Under the pieces are notes generated by a model. It saw only the letters and a list, made by a program, of their open reading frames with translations. It did no database searches and had not been told where the DNA came from. The position numbers were made by a program, and so were the translations under genes. A DNA stretch of 64,000 nucleotides, taken from assembly GCA_964016885.1 (NCBI GenBank), contig OZ024753.1:24304001-24368000 (forward strand), given 5' to 3'. The DNA comes from Eledone cirrhosa. Taxonomy: Eukaryota. Positions 61,408-64,000 of this stretch are shown here, one piece after another; the stretch's first letter is position 1, and each line of letters opens with the position of its first letter.

Positions 61408-64000
61408 GTATGTAACAGACAGAGGACTAACAATGTATGTAACAGACAGAGGACTAACACTGTATGTAACAGACAGAGGGTTAACACTGTATGTAACAGA
61501 TAGAGGACTAACACTGTACGTAACAGACAGAGGACTAACACTTTATGTAACAGACAGAGGACTAACACTGTATGTCACAGACAGAGGACTAACAATGTAT
61601 GTAACAGACAGAGGACTAAAACTGTATGTAATAGACAGAGGACTAACACTGTATGTAACAGACAGATGGTTAACACTGTATGCTAAAGACAAAGGATTAA
61701 CACTGTATGTAACAGACAGAGGACTAACAGTGTATGTAACAGCCAGAGGACTAACACTGTATGCAACAGACAGAGGAAGAACACTGTATGCAACAGACAG
61801 AGGACATATACTGTATGTAACAGACAGAGGACTAACACTGTATGTAACAGACAGAGGACTAACACTGTATGTAACAGACAGAGGACTAACACTGTATGTA
61901 ACAGACAGAGGACTGACACTGTATGTAACAGACAGAGGACTAACACTGTATGTAATAGACAGAGGACTGACACTGTATGTCACAGACAGAGGACTAACAG
62001 TGTATGTAACAGACAGAGGACTAACACTGTATGTAACAGACAGAGGACTCATACTGTATGTAACAGACAGAGGGTTAACACTGTATGTAACAGACAGAGG
62101 ACTAACCCTGTATGTAACAGACAGAGGACTAACTGTGTATGTAACAGACAGAGGACTAACACTGTATGTAACAGACAGAGGACTGACACTGTATGTAACA
62201 GACAGAGGACTAACACTGTATGTAACAGACAGAGGACTAACACTGTATGTAACAGAGAGAGGACTAACATTGTATGTAACAGACAGAGGACTAACACTGT
62301 ATATAACTGACAGAGGACTAACACTGTATGTAACAGAGAGAGGACTAACACTGTATGTAACAGACAGAGGACTAACACTGTATGTAACAGACAGAGGACT
62401 AATAGTGTTAGACCTCTGTCTGTTACATACCGTGGATTTAACAGTTAGAGGACTAACACTGTATGTAACAGACAGAAGACTAACACTGTATATAACAGAC
62501 AGAAGACTAACACTGTATGTAACAGACAGCGGACTAACACCGTATGTAACAGACAGCGGACTAACACTGTATTTAACAGACAGAGGGCTAAAACTGTATG
62601 TAACAGACAGCGGACTAACACTGTATATAACAGACAGAGGACTAACACTGTATGTAACAGACAGAGGACTGACACTGTATTTAACAGACAGAGGACTAAC
62701 ACTGTATATCACAGACAGAGGACTAACACTGTATGTAACAGACAGAGGACTGACACTGTATGTAACAGACAGAGGACTAACACTGTATGTAACAGACAGA
62801 GGACTAACACTGTATGTAACAGACAGCGGACTAACACTGTATGTAACAGACAGAGGACTAACAATGTATGTAACAGACAGAGGACTAACACTGTATGTAA
62901 CAGACAGAGGACTAACACTGTATGTAACAGACAGAGGACTAACACTGTAATCAACAGACAGAGGACGAACACTGTATGCAACAGACAGAGGACTAATATT
63001 GTATGTAACAGACAGAGGACTAACACTGTATGTAACAGACAGAGGACTGAAACTGTATGTAACAGACAGAGGACTAACACTGTATGTAACAGACAGAGGA
63101 CTGACACTGTATGTCACAGACAGAGGACTAACAGTGTATGTAACAGGGAGAGGACTAACATTGTATGTAACAGACAGAGAACTCATACTGTATGTAACAG
63201 ACAGAGGGTTAACACTGTATGTAACAGACAGAGGACTAACCCTGTATGTAACAGACAGAGGACTAACTGTGTATGTAACAGAGAGAGGAATAACACTGTA
63301 TGTAACAGACAGAGGACTGACACTGTATGTAACAGACAGAGGACTAACACTGTATGTAACAGACAGAGGAGTAACACTGTATGTAACAGACAGAGGACTA
63401 ACATTGTATGTAACAGACAGAGGACTAACACTGTATGTAAAAGACAGAGGACTAACACTCTATGTAACAGACAGAGGACTAAAACTGTATGTAATAGACA
63501 GAGGACTCATACTGTATGTAACAGACAGAGGGTTAACACTGTATGTAACAGACAGAGGACTAACCCTGTATGTAACAGACAGAAGGCTAACACTGTATGC
63601 AACAGACAGAGGACGAACACTGTATGCAACAGACAGAGGACTAATACTGTATGTAACAGACAGAGGACTAACACTGTATGTAACAGACAGAGGAGTAACA
63701 CTGTATGTAACAGACAGAGGACTGACACTGTATGTAACAGACAGAGGACTAACACTGAATGTAACAGACAGAGGACTGACACTGTATGTCACAGACAGGG
63801 GACTAACAGTGTATGTAACAGACAGAGGACTTTCACTGTATGTAACAGACAGAGGACTCATACTGTATGTAACAGACAGAGGGTTAACACTGTATGTAAC
63901 AGACAGAGGACTAACCCTGTATGTAACAGACAGAGGACTAACTGTGTATGTAACAGACAGAGGACTAACACTGTATGTAACATACAGAGGACTGACACTG

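Larger units (their letters stand above)
1..64000 (+). repeat. 27-bp tandem satellite array, consensus GGACTAACACTGTATGTAACAGACAGA, about 2,370 monomers, extending beyond both window ends
   Basis: Monomers start at 1, 28, 55 and so on and continue to the last base. Most copies differ from the consensus by 0-3 substitutions and no non-repeat sequence was seen. Copy number is 64000/27. The ORF track shows only 9-aa periodic translations. Confidence 0.99.

Noticed and set aside
1-64000. CRISPR array (repeat length in the CRISPR range, partial dyad)
   Set aside because: Monomers are directly adjacent with no unique spacers, and there is no leader or cas gene.
1-64000. Whole window as a rolling-circle or amplification artefact, or a telomerase-made repeat
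   Set aside because: Hierarchically shared, position-zoned variants and nested duplications indicate long genomic evolution rather than repeated copying of one template. The unit is not a recognisable G-rich telomeric repeat. Exact copy numbers could still be mis-assembled.
1-64000. Assignment to a named satellite family, species or centromere
   Set aside because: I do not recognise the monomer with confidence and cannot run a search. BLASTn of the consensus against nt, Dfam or Repbase and chromatin data would be needed.

Overview
The whole 64 kb window is one uninterrupted tandem array (satellite/minisatellite DNA) of about 2,370 copies of a 27-bp monomer, consensus GGACTAACACTGTATGTAACAGACAGA (11 A, 5 C, 6 G, 5 T; about 41% GC; no CpG). 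It runs off both ends of the window and contains no unique sequence. I see no credible protein-coding gene, RNA gene, transposon or CRISPR array. Every ORF in the track arises because 27 is a multiple of 3 and four of the six frames of the consensus lack stops. The array has real internal structure: (1) 25 copies of a single monomer inverted in place without shifting the 27-bp register, with breakpoints at the ACA-C-TGT mini-palindrome; (2) a 23-bp deletion monomer fixed three monomers upstream of the inversion in 24 of the 25 copies; (3) a 17-bp imperfect dyad in every monomer, with recurrent variants that perfect it; (4) ordered multi-monomer variant 'words' that are shuffled, plus kb-scale duplications (offsets 4223, 1350, 1323, 1076, about 4.8 kb and 9958 bp); (5) a left/middle/right zonation of variants. 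A eukaryotic, probably animal, origin is an inference only. All coordinates were read by eye and duplication boundaries are approximate. I did not find a gene-encoded novel system; the most interesting signal is the amplified in-register inversion cassette.
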